From NCBI GenBank assembly GCA_001687465.1, contig LVLI01000006.1, positions 1-64,000 of the forward strand: a stretch of DNA of 64,000 nucleotides, given 5' to 3'. Positions 12,627-25,384 of the stretch are shown here, in pieces (the first letter of the stretch is position 1; the number at the start of each line of letters is the position of its first letter). The notes below the pieces were generated by a model. The model made no database searches. It saw only the letters and a program-made list of their open reading frames with translations, and had not been told where the DNA came from. The stretch is from Halocafeteria seosinensis. Lineage: Eukaryota. The translations under genes were made by a program, and so were the position numbers.

Positions 12627-13254
12627 TTTGAAAAGTAACTAGTGCACTTATCCCAGTATCCTAGACCAATGCCGTGGCGTTTGAGACCCAAGAGGCTATA
12701 ATAAGAAGCCACGACGTACTATGGCAAGGCAGAAAGGAGTCTGTATCGCAGTTGTCTGGTTTCTCTCCCAGACGCCCTCTTCTCCTCACTGTGGTAAGCC
12801 AGCACTCGGTTCACTGCCAGTTCTACACAACTGACATGGATAAGTACCTCCTATAGTGTATCCTCTCAATCGGAACGGAAAAACGCACACTGCATAGGGA
12901 AGGGACTCGCGATATCTTCGAGGAGTGCGGAAAGCATCGTATGGGACAAGCTAAGTTGGTCTTGTGAAGTGCGGTGAGCTGTTTACCAAGCTGCCCAAAC
13001 CAACACGTGTTGGCTGCTAAGTGGATGTATTGAGAGGAATACTGAAGAGTGTGGAACGAGACGGTGTTGCTCTTCAAGTCAGAACTGGGAAAATCTGAGT
13101 ATAGCTTCGCCTACTGGGCGGTTTCCACCAGTTCTTCCGCGGAAAGGAATCTGAGAAGCACATCTTAGGGCATTATTGACTTTGCCGTTTCCGAATAGGA
13201 TAGACCTAACTCCCTGTTTATTCCTTGGCATTTACTGCCTATCACACTGCAAAT

Positions 13255-14524
13255 ATGAAAGCTCTAATTCTCGTGGGAGGATTCGGCACTCGTTTGCGTC
13301 CATTGACGCTGACGAAGCCCAAACCGCTGGTAGAATTCTGTAACAAGCCCATGGTCATGCACCAATTGGAAGCGTTAGCGAAGGTATGTGTGCTTGCAAC
13401 TCTTCCGAAATAATTGTCCCATAACCTAATGGCTTTGATTAGCTCAGGTAGGAGTAACAGAAGTGATACTTGCAGTAAACTATCAACCGCATGTCATGAA
13501 GGAAGGGCTGTCAGAAATTGAAGAGAAGGTAAGGAACATTGCTGGTATATGTAATTGCTTTTCCAACATAAATTGTCTTACTCTATGTGCAGTTAGGTAT
13601 TAAGATAACGTGCTCTCAAGAGGATGAACCTCTAGGAACAGGTAAGGGAATGGGGGACTCAACTGCCTCACCGTGAACGATGTCTCTTAAATTCTTTATG
13701 CAGCTGGACCGCTGAAATTGGCTGAGCATCACATTAACGATGGCGAACCATTCTTTGTTTTCAACAGTGACATCACCTGCGAGTATCCGCTTCAGAGATT
13801 CCTGGAATTCCACCGAAGCCATGGTCAGGAAGGTACTATAATGGTCACAAAGGTAGAAGAACCCTCAAAGTATGGTGTTGTTGTGCATGATGCACAAGGT
13901 AAAATTCAACATTTTGTGGAAAAGCCACAAACATGGGTGGGTAACCACGTCAATGCGGGGCTGTATATATTCAACCCCAGCATACTGAAGAGAATACCAA
14001 TGGAGCCGACGTCGATAGAAAAAGATATCTTCCCTACCATGGCCGACGAAGAGCAGCTCTTCGCAATGGAGCTTAAGGGGTACTGGATGGATATTGGTCA
14101 ACCAAAGGATTATGTAACGGGGATGTGCTACCATCTCAAGAGCTTGAGAACGGTTTCGCCTGAGTCGCTGAGCTCGAAGCCTTATGTGAAAGGGAATTGT
14201 ATCATTGATGACTCAGCTACGATTGGTAAGGATTGCATTATCGGTCCTGACGTCGTAATTGGCCCCAACGCGAAAATTGGCGACGGTGTTCGGATACAGC
14301 GCTCCACGCTACTAGCCAATGTACGTGTCGGGAGCCATACTTGGATCCAAGATTCTATTGTGGGATGGGACTCGGCTGTAGGAAACTGGTGTAGAGTAGA
14401 GGGTTCTGCAGTGTTAGGTGAGGATGTGTCCACTAAAGACGGCGTTGCCATCAATGGGGGTATCATTCTTCCTCACAAAGCAATCAAGGACTCCATTTAT
14501 GAGAGGGGGACCATTGTCATGTAG
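13255..14524 (+). CDS. GMPPB: Mannose-1-phosphate guanylyltransferase (GDP-mannose pyrophosphorylase, catalytic type; 4 exons)
   Basis: [37 protein letters not shown] across a splice junction, [16 protein letters not shown], hexapeptide-repeat C-terminus. Confidence 0.97.
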
Positions 14525-14700
14525 GCGAGTGTTAAGATAAAAATTTAGACACCAAGGAGAAACTCCGGCTGTGCTATTTTGTTGCTTTTTTCTGCTTATA
14601 TTCTCATTCCCTTTCTAATCCATCATCTTACTCTGCTTGTTGCATAACCGATATGTTAAATAGCTCTTCTGTCTTCGGTAAGAAACGACGAAGTTGTGCC

Positions 14701-15017
14701 CTACTCCTCTTCCTTTACAGCTCCCTGCGTTTCGCTATTGTAGAGCTCTGTCGCACAGACGCAAATAAAAACACAATAAATATAGTGATAAAGTTTTGCG
14801 GCACAATACAATAAACATTTCTCATACCTGGCGCCATTTCTTTTCCATCTTGGTAAACCACTTGCCTAAATGCCCAAGTCGAGCGGCCAAAAGCTTCGCT
14901 CCTCTGCGGCTCCTTAAGAGTATTTCTTAGTGCATGTGTCGCTATGTTCACTTGTTGCAAGTAGTTAAGTCCTGCACGTCTCCATAGAGAGGAGAATCTG
15001 GTTGCTTGAGCTGACAT
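14701..15017 (-). CDS. ATP5F1E: Mitochondrial F1 ATP synthase subunit epsilon (2 exons)
   Basis: WRRAGLNYLQQVNIATHALRNTLKEP matches the epsilon signature; a GTATGA...GACAG intron leads to a short last exon ending TAG at 14701. Confidence 0.88.
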
Positions 15018-15607
15018 TGCTGCTTGTATGTATATGTATATATCTCTGCGGTTCTTCCGAGAGCGAGCGACTTCTGTTCCTTCCAAGGAAGCTAGTCGGG
15101 ACGGTGACTTCTATTTCTTGTCTATCTATGTTTCTTCTTCTAAGGCAGTTCAATGTTGGTTGTGCTAGTTGATTGAATTCACTTAGATGGCACAATTTGC
15201 TGTACATGGTAGCGTGTTCGTTTGAGTTCACAGGAGCTCTTACCCCCTGGATAAATACAAAAAGAGAAGGGTAAACACCTTCCCTTGTCCTTCCCCTGTT
15301 TTGCAGACCATGGGGGTGGTCCGCGTTTTCCGCACGCTCACAGGAGCCAGGAAAGTTTGTGCGATTTCGTAAAAAGACTTCAACGTCGGACTCGCAGACG
15401 AAATCCAGGGTGGTTATAGTTCCCAACTATGCTGCTACGTATACATACTACAAGGCTAAGAGCACATACCATTCATCTGTTTGACATAAATAGTTTATCA
15501 ATATTGTATGGTGGAAATGAACGCTGAGTAAGACAGAAATGGAGACGGACAGATTGTCCTCAGCTATCTGGTTCGAAGAGAACGAGTAAGATCAGGAAAA
15601 ATTAAAA

Positions 15608-16940
15608 ATGGCAAACGACGAAGACCTACCGCAACAGGCCGACGATGGATCAAAGAGGGGCAGTGCCATTCAACGGTTTCTTTCTGATTGGCAGTGTCAC
15701 GATCTGATACCGGAAAGTACCAAAGTGCTGGTATTCGACGTTGATATTCCAATGCAGTTAGCTTTCTACGCCTTCGTGGAGCACGGTAAGTGGTAAAGAA
15801 GAATATGTGCTACGAATTACTATGCTTATCGTATCTCTCTTTGATTTGGATCCGTCTACAGGAGTATTTGCGGCCCCATTATGGGATAGCCTGAATGGGA
15901 AGTTCGCAGGAATGCTTACAACCTCTGACTTTATCTGTCTGATATACTTCTTCCGATTGCACGGGAACGCTGTTGAAGCGCTGGCCACACTGTCAATCCG
16001 TACTTGGCATAATACAGTGAATTCGGCGGTTGATAGCGAAAGTAAGAGCAACTTATCAGAGGCAGATCAAGCGATTGTCAGGAGTTTTCGAGACAGAGCA
16101 GGTTCGTTTTGTTTTTTTGATGCTCATTGCACGTCTACTCATGTCTTAACTTGCATTTGTGGTTGCCCCAGGTATAAATGTGCCCGTTTCTGTGAGTGGT
16201 GAAGATTCATTGCTGCTTGCTTGTAAACTATTGTCAAAATATCAGTTACATCGACTCCCGGTACTGGATCCCGAAGCAAGCATGGTTATCGGTGTACTTA
16301 CTCACAAAGCGGTGATTCAGCATATTGTCGAGCATTTTGTGGATGATACGGCTTTGTATAAGATGTCTCCCGTCGAGGCTGGAGTTGGAACCTTCTCTTG
16401 CGTTCAAACTATAACATATCAAACTAAATTGGCTGATGTACTTGAGAAACTAGCACGGCAAAACGTATCTGCCGTTCCAATTATCGATAAAGATGGTGTA
16501 GTTGTTGATATATACACTCGGGAGGATGTTATGGTAGGTTTCATGCAATTTTTCTCTTCTGAATCGTACGGAACCGACGATTGGAGTTCATCTCGCAGTT
16601 TCTCGCTACTGATACGGAACTGGAGGGTCTAGAGCAGCAAGTATCCGAGGCAAAGAAAATACAAGGCAACATAACAGATGGGAGAACGGAGCTTGTAACA
16701 TGCTTCAGTGACGAACCGCTTCGAGATATTATAATGTCATTCGGAAGGACGGGGGTAAGTGCGTCGGTGACCACAATATGGAACTAAAACTAAGTGACTG
16801 TTAGCGTATTTGGTACACAGGTGCAACGGATGGTCTGTACTGATGAGAAGGGCAGATGCAACGGTATGATATCCCTCTCTGATATATTCCCGTTCTTTCT
16901 GAAACGAGCATCGGAGGAGGTGGACGTGACGATGTCGTAA
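15608..16940 (+). CDS. SNF4: AMP-activated protein kinase gamma subunit (CBS domains; 5 exons)
   Basis: CHDLIPESTKVLVFDVDIPMQLAFYAFVEHG, AAPLWDS...FAGMLTTSDFI, HRLPVLD, VSAVPIID, GMISLSDI; GT-AG introns restore the frame. Confidence 0.93.
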
Positions 16941-18781
16941 TGGCTCGATTTTCCCATCGGCCAGTCCTGTCTCCACACTCTTGCAACCCCTCAAGTTCGC
17001 TAGCAGATCTTCACTTTCTCTACTGATATCCTAACAGATGGACAAGCTTGGAGCTTATAATCCTGATCAAGGTAGCCGAGCAGCTCTGCAGGCAAGCATT
17101 GAGATCTCTCATACATGAAGAGATCGGTAGCAGTTACAGAGTGAAATTGTTTTGCCCGGATGGTTGCATGCGCAGAGAACAACAACTCCCAAGGAATGCA
17201 TAGTCCCTTCAAGGACTCCCTTTGGTGTCTCCTTTCCTCCGTTGGGCACATCCGAGGGCAGAGCTGACGACGGGAGTCGGTCACGGGACAGAGGGAGTGA
17301 CCCCTAAACGACTCCCCTGGTTGTTGTTGTCTGTTGCGCCATTTTCGAGTTGATTTGTGTCTACAAAAATTGAATATACCCTATTGCGTACAAAGTATCT
17401 CGTACTTGTGCCCATTGGTAGGATTTGTGATACTACGTAACCGCCCCAAATTGGGCCCCCAATCACCAAATTCGCAAGGACCGCTCTCCGCTTACACAAA
17501 CCATACTACAAAGCCATATGTACGATGGCAAGCGTTTCGTTGCCTCCATAGAGTCGCGTTCATTACGTGCTTCTGTACAATTATTCTTGCCTTGCTGGCG
17601 ATGACCGCCACTTGTGTTGGCACCATGTTCGCGGGAAACGCTCTGAATGTGGGCTAGGACTATTTAATGCCAGGGGATTAAGAGAAATACCGTTGCTCTC
17701 ACTCAATTCGTGTCGTATTGTTTGTTCTATTGTATATTGTTGCTCCTTTCGTGTACCGGATGCTTTGATAGCTTTTACTTGTGTACGGGTATAACCAAGG
17801 AGTAAGACGTTTGCTGACTTTCCGCCAGCTGTTCCCGCGTAGCACATGGGGGTGGTCATGACTACAGTACTGGCCACTGTATTTGCGGTTTAGGGTGCAT
17901 ACCTGGGATTCGGTTTGCTCCGGCTTTGAAGACCGTGATGCTTTTCCTTTGCGTTCGGTTACAAGCTTTGTCCACTACCATATCCTAGTCCAGGTTGTCC
18001 TTGCCTCATCGCCTCATCCAAGTTTTACCACCATCCCACGACCAATGGCTGAGCAACCCTGAACCGGAGTTGGGTATTGTTGTCGGATGTGATCCAGATG
18101 AACCGAACGTGCGCTTTTGGTAGCAAGGCCTCCTGGTCAATGGCTGCATTCTGCGTTTCCTCCTTCGATTCTACATTTCGCACAAATGCAAGGATGGCGA
18201 GGGACCAATACCGTGCGCCAACGAGGCATAAAATGCGCCACCAGCCTGCAAAGATCCGTCAGAATGAAAGTCAATGCAAGTGATGAAGCTCATTGTGTGC
18301 AACCAGTCTCCAAAGATATCGAGAAAAGCCTTCATTAATCCCAGTAGCGCGGATTCAGCAGCAAGATACTAGAGACATCACCCGCCAAATTGCAATGTTC
18401 TGTACTCCCTCCTAATACAGCCACAATAACAGCTTTTTCACGTTTCCTTTTATAGGCGCTAAACGCGAAGAAGTCATTCATGACAGCAACAAACACAATC
18501 ATTACACGCGCGCCATTTAGTTTGCCTTTCTCACTTCCTCTCCGAATTTCTTAAGTACCAGGTAGGTCACTGAGATTCGAGTCTTTGTGAACCTCGGAGT
18601 GGTCGAAGATTCCGCAGTGCCAGTGGATTCCCAAAGTAGTGGCGTCCATACTGCGATTTGTCGTCAGCAGCAGAGCATATTGCGTCAAACCTTGCGAAGC
18701 AGGATATTCAGGCTGATTTTTTTTCTGTAAACTACGTGTTGAGCAGGTGAAAGTGCTTCCCTGAGGGTCTACGGCAGGAAG

Positions 18782-21700
18782 ATGTCATCACACGCTCCTC
18801 AGGACTCCTTAACGGGAGCAATTGTTAGCGGTGAAATTGCTCGTGTCTGGCGGGATGAACCGGAGGAAGACCCCGAATATGAACGTCAGCGTCATCGTTC
18901 CCGTAACTACTCCAAGGCGGTCTCCACCATTCAGGTAAGTTTGCCGACCGGAAAATCCGGCACTGCTGTCGGCTGGCCGCTCTCTCTTTTGTGCCCCTGG
19001 CTTCCCCCTGTGTCAGGAACGGAGGCTTTTTTGTTGGTGAATGTTACATGCTGCACTCGCACTTCCAACTGCGTTGCATAATTTTTACTGCAGGAACATT
19101 TGGAAGAAGCCATCGAATTGGAAAAGGAGCTGACGTCACGCGACATTCAGAGTTCCGCGAAGCAACTTATGCAAGAATATCCCACTGATCCTCAACAAGG
19201 GCTCACTTCCGGCGAAGCGGCGGAGAGACTGGCGCGTGATGGACCGAACGAATTGGAGAAGGATGAAAATGTTCCCATATGGAAAATTTTCATCATGCAA
19301 TTCATGAATTTCCTAATTCTTCTCCTGCTGGGAGCTTGTATTGCCTCCTTTGCCTTAGAAGAAATCGCGGAAGGTGTCGCTATCATAGTGATCGTTGTGC
19401 TGAACGCGTGTATCGCGACATGGACTGAGAAATCTGCTTCCAACGCATTGGCTGCTTTAGCAAGCCTTTCTCAGCCCTCAGCAGAAGTGATCCGGGACGG
19501 CCAAACAAAGCATATCAGAACTTCGGAAGTTGTTAAAGGGGACATTGTTAACCTTTATACCGGTGATGTCGTTCCTGCGGACTGTTTGCTGCTTTCCAGT
19601 GCAGATCTTAAGGTGAACGAAATGCCCTTGACTGGTGAAGCTGCCGATGTCTCGAAGAATTACCAGCATTCCTCTGGATCTGATACACTGACGCCACCTA
19701 ACCGGGTGTTCTCAAGCACGACGGTTACCGCTGGTAGCGCTAAAGGCTTGGTAATCGCCATCGGCATGGATACGCGTGTAGGAGAAATTGCCAAGCGCTT
19801 AGCTGGTGGAAGCGAGGAGGAAGGTGGCCCGAAAGTGAATTGCCTAGGAGTTAAAGAGCGCAAGCAAACGCCTTTACAAGTCAAGCTACACAAAATGGGT
19901 CTTGTGATTGCCATGCTTGCTGGAATAGCATGCGTCTCAGTATTAGCAATTGGTATCGGGCGAGACTTCCAAGACCCTGAGCATCCCGACCAATCCGTTG
20001 CAGTCGCTATGGTGTTGATAGCGGTAGCATTGGGAGTGTCTGCGATCCCCGAAGGTCTTCCACTGTGTGTTACGATCGCTCTCGCTTGGGGCACGCGGGA
20101 CATGGCTCAGCGATGGAATGCTTTAGTGCGCAATCTACCCGCTGTAGAGACTTTAGGTTCTGCTAATGTTATCTGTTCTGATAAGACAGGTACCCTCACC
20201 CAGGGTAAAATGACTGCGCTCAAAATGTACGCACTAGATGGAGAAGATAACGATTCTGAACGGGAAGTTAGCATTACTACCGGAGGATTGATGCCAGTCG
20301 GAGAGTTCCTTGAGGATGGTAAGAACATTATGGATGGCAAAGGTGATCCACAGTTCAAGGGGATATTGGAGTCGGCAATTCTTAACAGTACTGCTCACGT
20401 GAAACTGCAAGAAGACCCACGCAACTCAGAAAGTACTCGCTCCCTCACGGAAGAAGAAATGTCTATGCCGCGTGAGGACTTCCGCCAATTTGCGATCAAA
20501 TCCTTGTGGACGGGAGAGGGCAACAACTCAGAGATTCCCCTCGTAGTGGCGGCGATGAAGAGTGGGCTATTTAAACCTAAGGAAGATAATCGTTACCCCT
20601 CTGTTGGTTGGAGAGCTTGCCAGAAAGAGGGTCCTGAGATTCCTTTCAGTTCGTCGCGAAAGATGATGGCTAGTGTTGTGCACACCGATGATGAGTTTTT
20701 AGGGAGTATACCTCTACCTGAAGGGACCAAGTATTGTGTACTGGTCAAAGGTGCACCGAATTACGTGGTAAAGAAGTGCACTAATGCTTTGTATCGTGAC
20801 TGCAAATTCGGCAAAATGGATGAGAGTCGGCAGAATCAAGTGGTCGAAGCTGTCGATGAGCTGTCGTCTCAGGCGCTTCGTGTTCTGGCTTTTGCCATTA
20901 AACCGTTGAAAGAACTTCCTTACGACCCTGAAGACTCCAACATTGACGCTGAAGATAAATTTAACATGCTGGTTAAGGATCTCGTATTCACCGGTCTCAT
21001 GGCCTCGATAGACCCTCCTCGCGAGGGTGTTTCGGACTCTATTAACGTCGCCAGACATGCAGGGGTGAGAACAGTTATGATTACTGGTGATTATCTGAAA
21101 ACTGCTGCAGCAATTGGCCGGAACATCGAGCTCATAACGGTCAATGACGATCCGGAACAAGTGGCCGTTGACTGTCAAAGTCTTCGCCCACATGCAGATG
21201 GCTCGTACCTACCAGATAAGGATATTGATGAAATTACTTCTCGGGTGGTAGTCTTTGCGCGTGCTCAGCCAGAAGACAAGTTACAGATAGTAAACTCTTT
21301 GCAGCGTCAAGGCCATGTTGTGGGAATGACAGGCGATGGAGTTAACGATGCCCCTGCTTTAAATGAGGCGGACATTGGAGTTGCCATGGGCATCGCCGGG
21401 ACCGAAGTAGCGAAGGGAGCTAGTGACATGATTCTTTTGGACGACAACTTTAACACTATTGTATCCGCGGTCCGGAAAGGACGTCAAATCTATACAAACA
21501 TTCAGAAGTTTGTGACCTATCTATTAGGTACGAACCTCTCACAAGTCTTCATTATCTTAACTGCTGTGATTGTGGGTACGCCAGTCCCATTGGGTCCTCT
21601 CGGTGTGCTCTTCTTAAACTTGGCAATCGATGGTGTCCCCGCTATGTCTCTATCTGTTCAGCCCGAGGACGAGGGTATCATGGAAATGAAGCCACGGCCG

Positions 21701-22495
21701 AAGACGCAACCGCTTATTTTGAACCGCATGTGGATCAAAGTTCTGGGTCATGCTATTTCGACTGCGCTGTTTACACTTATTTCATACAGTGTCGGAATGG
21801 AATGGTTTATCGGGGAAACCTTTGCAGAAGACATGTTTGTCGACGGTGACACCCCCATTAACCGGTGCGAAGTGCGGCGAGAGGATGGATCTACTGATAT
21901 TGTCATTGGTGATGACTGCGTGGGCAGAGGCCTTTCCTTTGCTCGTACGATGGCGTTTATTACCATTGTGTACGGGGAAGTGCTGCGTGGTCTGACCGTA
22001 CGGACTCACCTTGGCATCTGGCACAAGCCTCTCAGCAATAAAATGTTGCTCTATGCCATCCTCATTAGTGCCGGTTTGTCTACTTGTTTGATTCTAATTC
22101 CTGGTTTCCGGGACCTGTTCGGATTTGAGGGTACTGACTTACCCTGGTGGGCATGGCTTTTCTCTCTGGCTTTGATGTTCATAACTGTCATCAATGACGA
22201 ACTAATTAAATTTTGGCTGCGGTCGAGTGATGAGCGACAAGCCGAGCGGGAAGAAATGCGCGACTTTTTCAATGAGGTTCTCCAAGAAATGAGACAGATG
22301 CGTCATCACATGTATGACATGGAGTCTAAGCTGCAGCTTCGCAACGACAAACCCCATCGACGTGCCGAGATCCAGGAGTCTGTTGAACTAGCATTGCGGA
22401 AGCAAGGGATAACGAAAGAGAATGTGCTTAGAGATGGAAGCAGTGGCGCCGCAGCTGACACTGAAGATGTTAACGTCACTGCCAGCCGCACATAG
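18782..22495 (+). CDS. P-type II cation ATPase, ENA/ATP4-like putative Na+ efflux pump (2 exons)
   Basis: DKTGTLT phosphorylation site, LTGE, IPEGLP, KGAP, MITGD, ARAQPEDK, TGDGVNDAPAL and multiple hydrophobic segments; exon 1 18782-18934 spliced (GTAAGT...CTGCAG) to the 1131-aa ORF. Confidence 0.93.
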
Positions 22496-23000
22496 ATGTT
22501 GCTTCCTGAGTGGCTGCACTTGTTACGTGGTTGGCAACAATATACACCACTTTCTGTTTCACGAAACCAATAAACATCCCATTGCACTCATGTTTGTATT
22601 ACTGGATATAGGTTTAAAACTCCGAGGGTAATTTCGCGGGTCAATCGCCAGTCTTTGCTTAGTGTCACCTGAGTGGACTTCTCAGGCATCAATACGACGT
22701 ATGCATCATCCAAATTAACAGTTGCCCTTCTTGGATTGTTAATGACATTTCATAGTATGATAAACAACATTGAAACTTCTTAGGTGCCCGTCTCTTCATG
22801 TATATGGGTGCATGTATAACTACAGCACTTGTGGTACCTTCCTTCTAAACCACTCGCCACCGCAACAGATCCACCCGGTTACTTGTTGACGGTGTGGACA
22901 TTAACCAGTGGGATCGACTGATTGCGTATTTGTGGTTCATTCGTCGTTTAAGAGTATATCCTTTGTATAAATCACATAGAGAGACGCCGGCTAAGCAACC

Positions 23001-24021
23001 ATGGACCAGGAAACGAGACGTATATTACAGGCCAAGACGCACTATGAGGTCTTGGGTATCGACCAGTCAGCCACTGAGACTACCATTAATAAGGCATACA
23101 AGAAGGTAAGATGATGGCAAGCCTCGTAAATGCAAGCGAAGCAAAGCTGTGGAAGAAGAATCGACGTGGAACCCCTCTTCGAGAATAGAGTACCATTGAT
23201 GCTATTGACGCGATTTTCTATCTATATGTGATGTGCAGCTTGCATTAAAAACTCATCCCGATAGAAATCAGGATCCGAAAGCTAAGGATGCATTTCAAAA
23301 GGTCCAGAAGGCGAGCGAAGTGCTGTCAGATAAGAGAAAGCGGCAAGTATATGACCTCGGTGGCAATGATGAAGGAGAAGAAGCGGTTCCTCAGTACAAT
23401 CACGCCGGCTTTCGAAGAAGGGGAGGAACCACGCGTGTCTATACAGATGGGACGAACGTTTACGAAGAAACGTATATCTCGCCAGAAGAAATCTTCGAGC
23501 AATTTTTCTTCAACCAGGGTCCTAGGAATGGCTTCCGTGCACGTCGAACGCCTCGTCCGCGAAGGGCTGGTCCTAATGAGGACGACTTTTCGAACATGCC
23601 TATTGCGCAGATGCTCTTACAGTTACTCCCTCTTTTGTTAGTTTTGTTTCTTACATTATCGAGTCTCCGAGGTGGAGCTAGTAGCGGACCACCGTATTCC
23701 CTCCACAGAAAACCTGATATGCCTTACATCAGACATACAAAGAGCCCTGGTATAACCCCCGATCTGAAATACTACGTAGGAAAGGATTTTCAAAATATTG
23801 CACGGGACCCTCAATCGTTATATAGGGTGGAAAGTGACATAGAGTTCCAGCTTATGAAGTTTTACAGAAGTCAATGCGAAAGCGAGCGGCGAGTCTTCGA
23901 TAGGATGCATCGGAAGAGCAGTTTAAATTCTCGTCCAAGTGATTCGAGAAAGCAACCTATCTCGTGTACGCATTATAAGAACATCTCTGATAACCGACGG
24001 GGGAGACTCGGCCATGTATAA
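23001..24021 (+). CDS. DnaJ protein, DNAJB12/14-like (J domain, transmembrane helix, DUF1977-like C-terminus; 2 exons)
   Basis: HYEVLGI...INKAYKK|LALKTHPDRN, ISPEEIFEQFF, hydrophobic LLQLLPLLLVLFLTL, then YYV...VESDIE...QC. Confidence 0.88.
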
Positions 24022-24392
24022 TCAGACAATTTGAGTTCCCTCTAGTCTGGACCCAGATGCTGAAATATACATGTAATGCTGGCTTATTCCGATAACTAGT
24101 TCGTACTCGACGTTCCTTATTTTCTTGAGTCCGATTCGACGTGTCTGACTCGATGTTGTCAAGTCTGCCAATTCTCCGCCGTGAAGTCGAGACTTGTACA
24201 AGTTGTACTAAATTGCCTACTGCGAAAGGCACCGTTTGCATTGTTTCTTCTTACAACACACGTTACACTGTCAATTTGTAGTAGCGCACCAGATACAGCG
24301 TGATATGGGGTGACATTTGACCCAACATAACTCTGACCCTCTAGGTTCATGGGAGTGCAGCTGCTGCTAAGATTGTGATAGGCATTGAGAAT

Positions 24393-25121
24393 ATGCGTAT
24401 CCTTGGACTGTTGGGAGGTATGAGCTGGGAGAGCACCAGCCATTATTACCGACGGATCAACCAGCTTGTTCGGGAGCGCATGGGAGGGCTCCACTCAGCG
24501 GAACTGATACTGTGGTCTGTGGACTTCGCCGAAATCGAAAGGCTTCAAGGCTCTGGCCAGTGGACGGCCGCCGGAGAACGCCTTGCCGAATGTGGCAAGA
24601 GACTTGCTTCTTCCGGGGCCGAAGCCCTGATCCTTTGTACGAATACTATGCACATTGTAGCAGACGCGTTGGAGTCTGCGGCGAGGATACCACTCATTCA
24701 TATAGCTGACCCTACTGGCGAAGCTGTGAACGCAGCTGGCTGTAGTCGGCCTTTACTATTAGCCACTCGATACACAATGGAGGGACAGTTTTATACTAGT
24801 CGTCTGCGAGAACGCTTTGGATTAACTATTCATGTTCCACAAGCTGAAGACTGTAAGGAAATCCACCGTGTCATCTTTGAAGAATTGTGCCTAGGAATTG
24901 TGAGAGCTGACTCGAGGACCACATTTCTGAGGATTGTTGCCCGTGCTCACGAAGAGTTTAGCGTGGATGCAGTAATACTGGGTTGCACAGAAGTGAGCAT
25001 GCTGCTGAATGAGAATAATATAAGCTTGCCTCTGTTTGACACAACTGAGCTCCATGCCAAAGCGGCGATAGATTTTGCATTGTCGGGGTCCGGGAGTCAC
25101 GCACTAAAATCTGATGCATGA
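24393..25121 (+). CDS. PLP-independent aspartate/glutamate racemase family protein, YgeA/RacX type; intronless
   Basis: MRILGLLGGMSWEST..YYRRINQ...GGLHSA, LCTNTMH, IPLIHIAD, TRYTME, ILGCTE, FDTTELHA. ATG at 24393 coincides with the bacterial N-terminus. Confidence 0.93.
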   Translation: MRILGLLGGMSWESTSHYYRRINQLVRERMGGLHSAELILWSVDFAEIERLQGSGQWTAAGERLAECGKRLASSGAEALILCTNTMHIVADALESAARIPLIHIADPTGEAVNAAGCSRPLLLATRYTMEGQFYTSRLRERFGLTIHVPQAEDCKEIHRVIFEELCLGIVRADSRTTFLRIVARAHEEFSVDAVILGCTEVSMLLNENNISLPLFDTTELHAKAAIDFALSGSGSHALKSDA

Positions 25122-25384
25122 TACGGATTATCGGAGTAGCTTCACTCACGATTCCCTTCAGTTCTGTATCGGCATCTGTAATGTATGATACACCGTCCTA
25201 CTCCTCCACTTTTGCCTTCGTTGAAACGTACGGTACAACTTTGAACAATCTACATTTGAGAGGTACTAGTGCATTGTCGATAGTGCGTCACTTTTCCTTT
25301 CTTCTTTTTCCGACACTCAATTATTTCAAATAAAAAGAATAACCACCGGATATCGTCGAGTATTCAACAGTAAATTTGGGTCCA

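Noticed and set aside
17000..18480. Possible spliced minus-strand gene between AMPK gamma and the ATPase
   Set aside because: Several short open frames, but I could not build a consistent exon chain or recognise a domain.
6716..25121. DAP decarboxylase plus racemase as a D-lysine or amino-acid gene cluster
   Set aside because: They are about 15 kb apart with unrelated housekeeping genes between them; no evidence of co-regulation.
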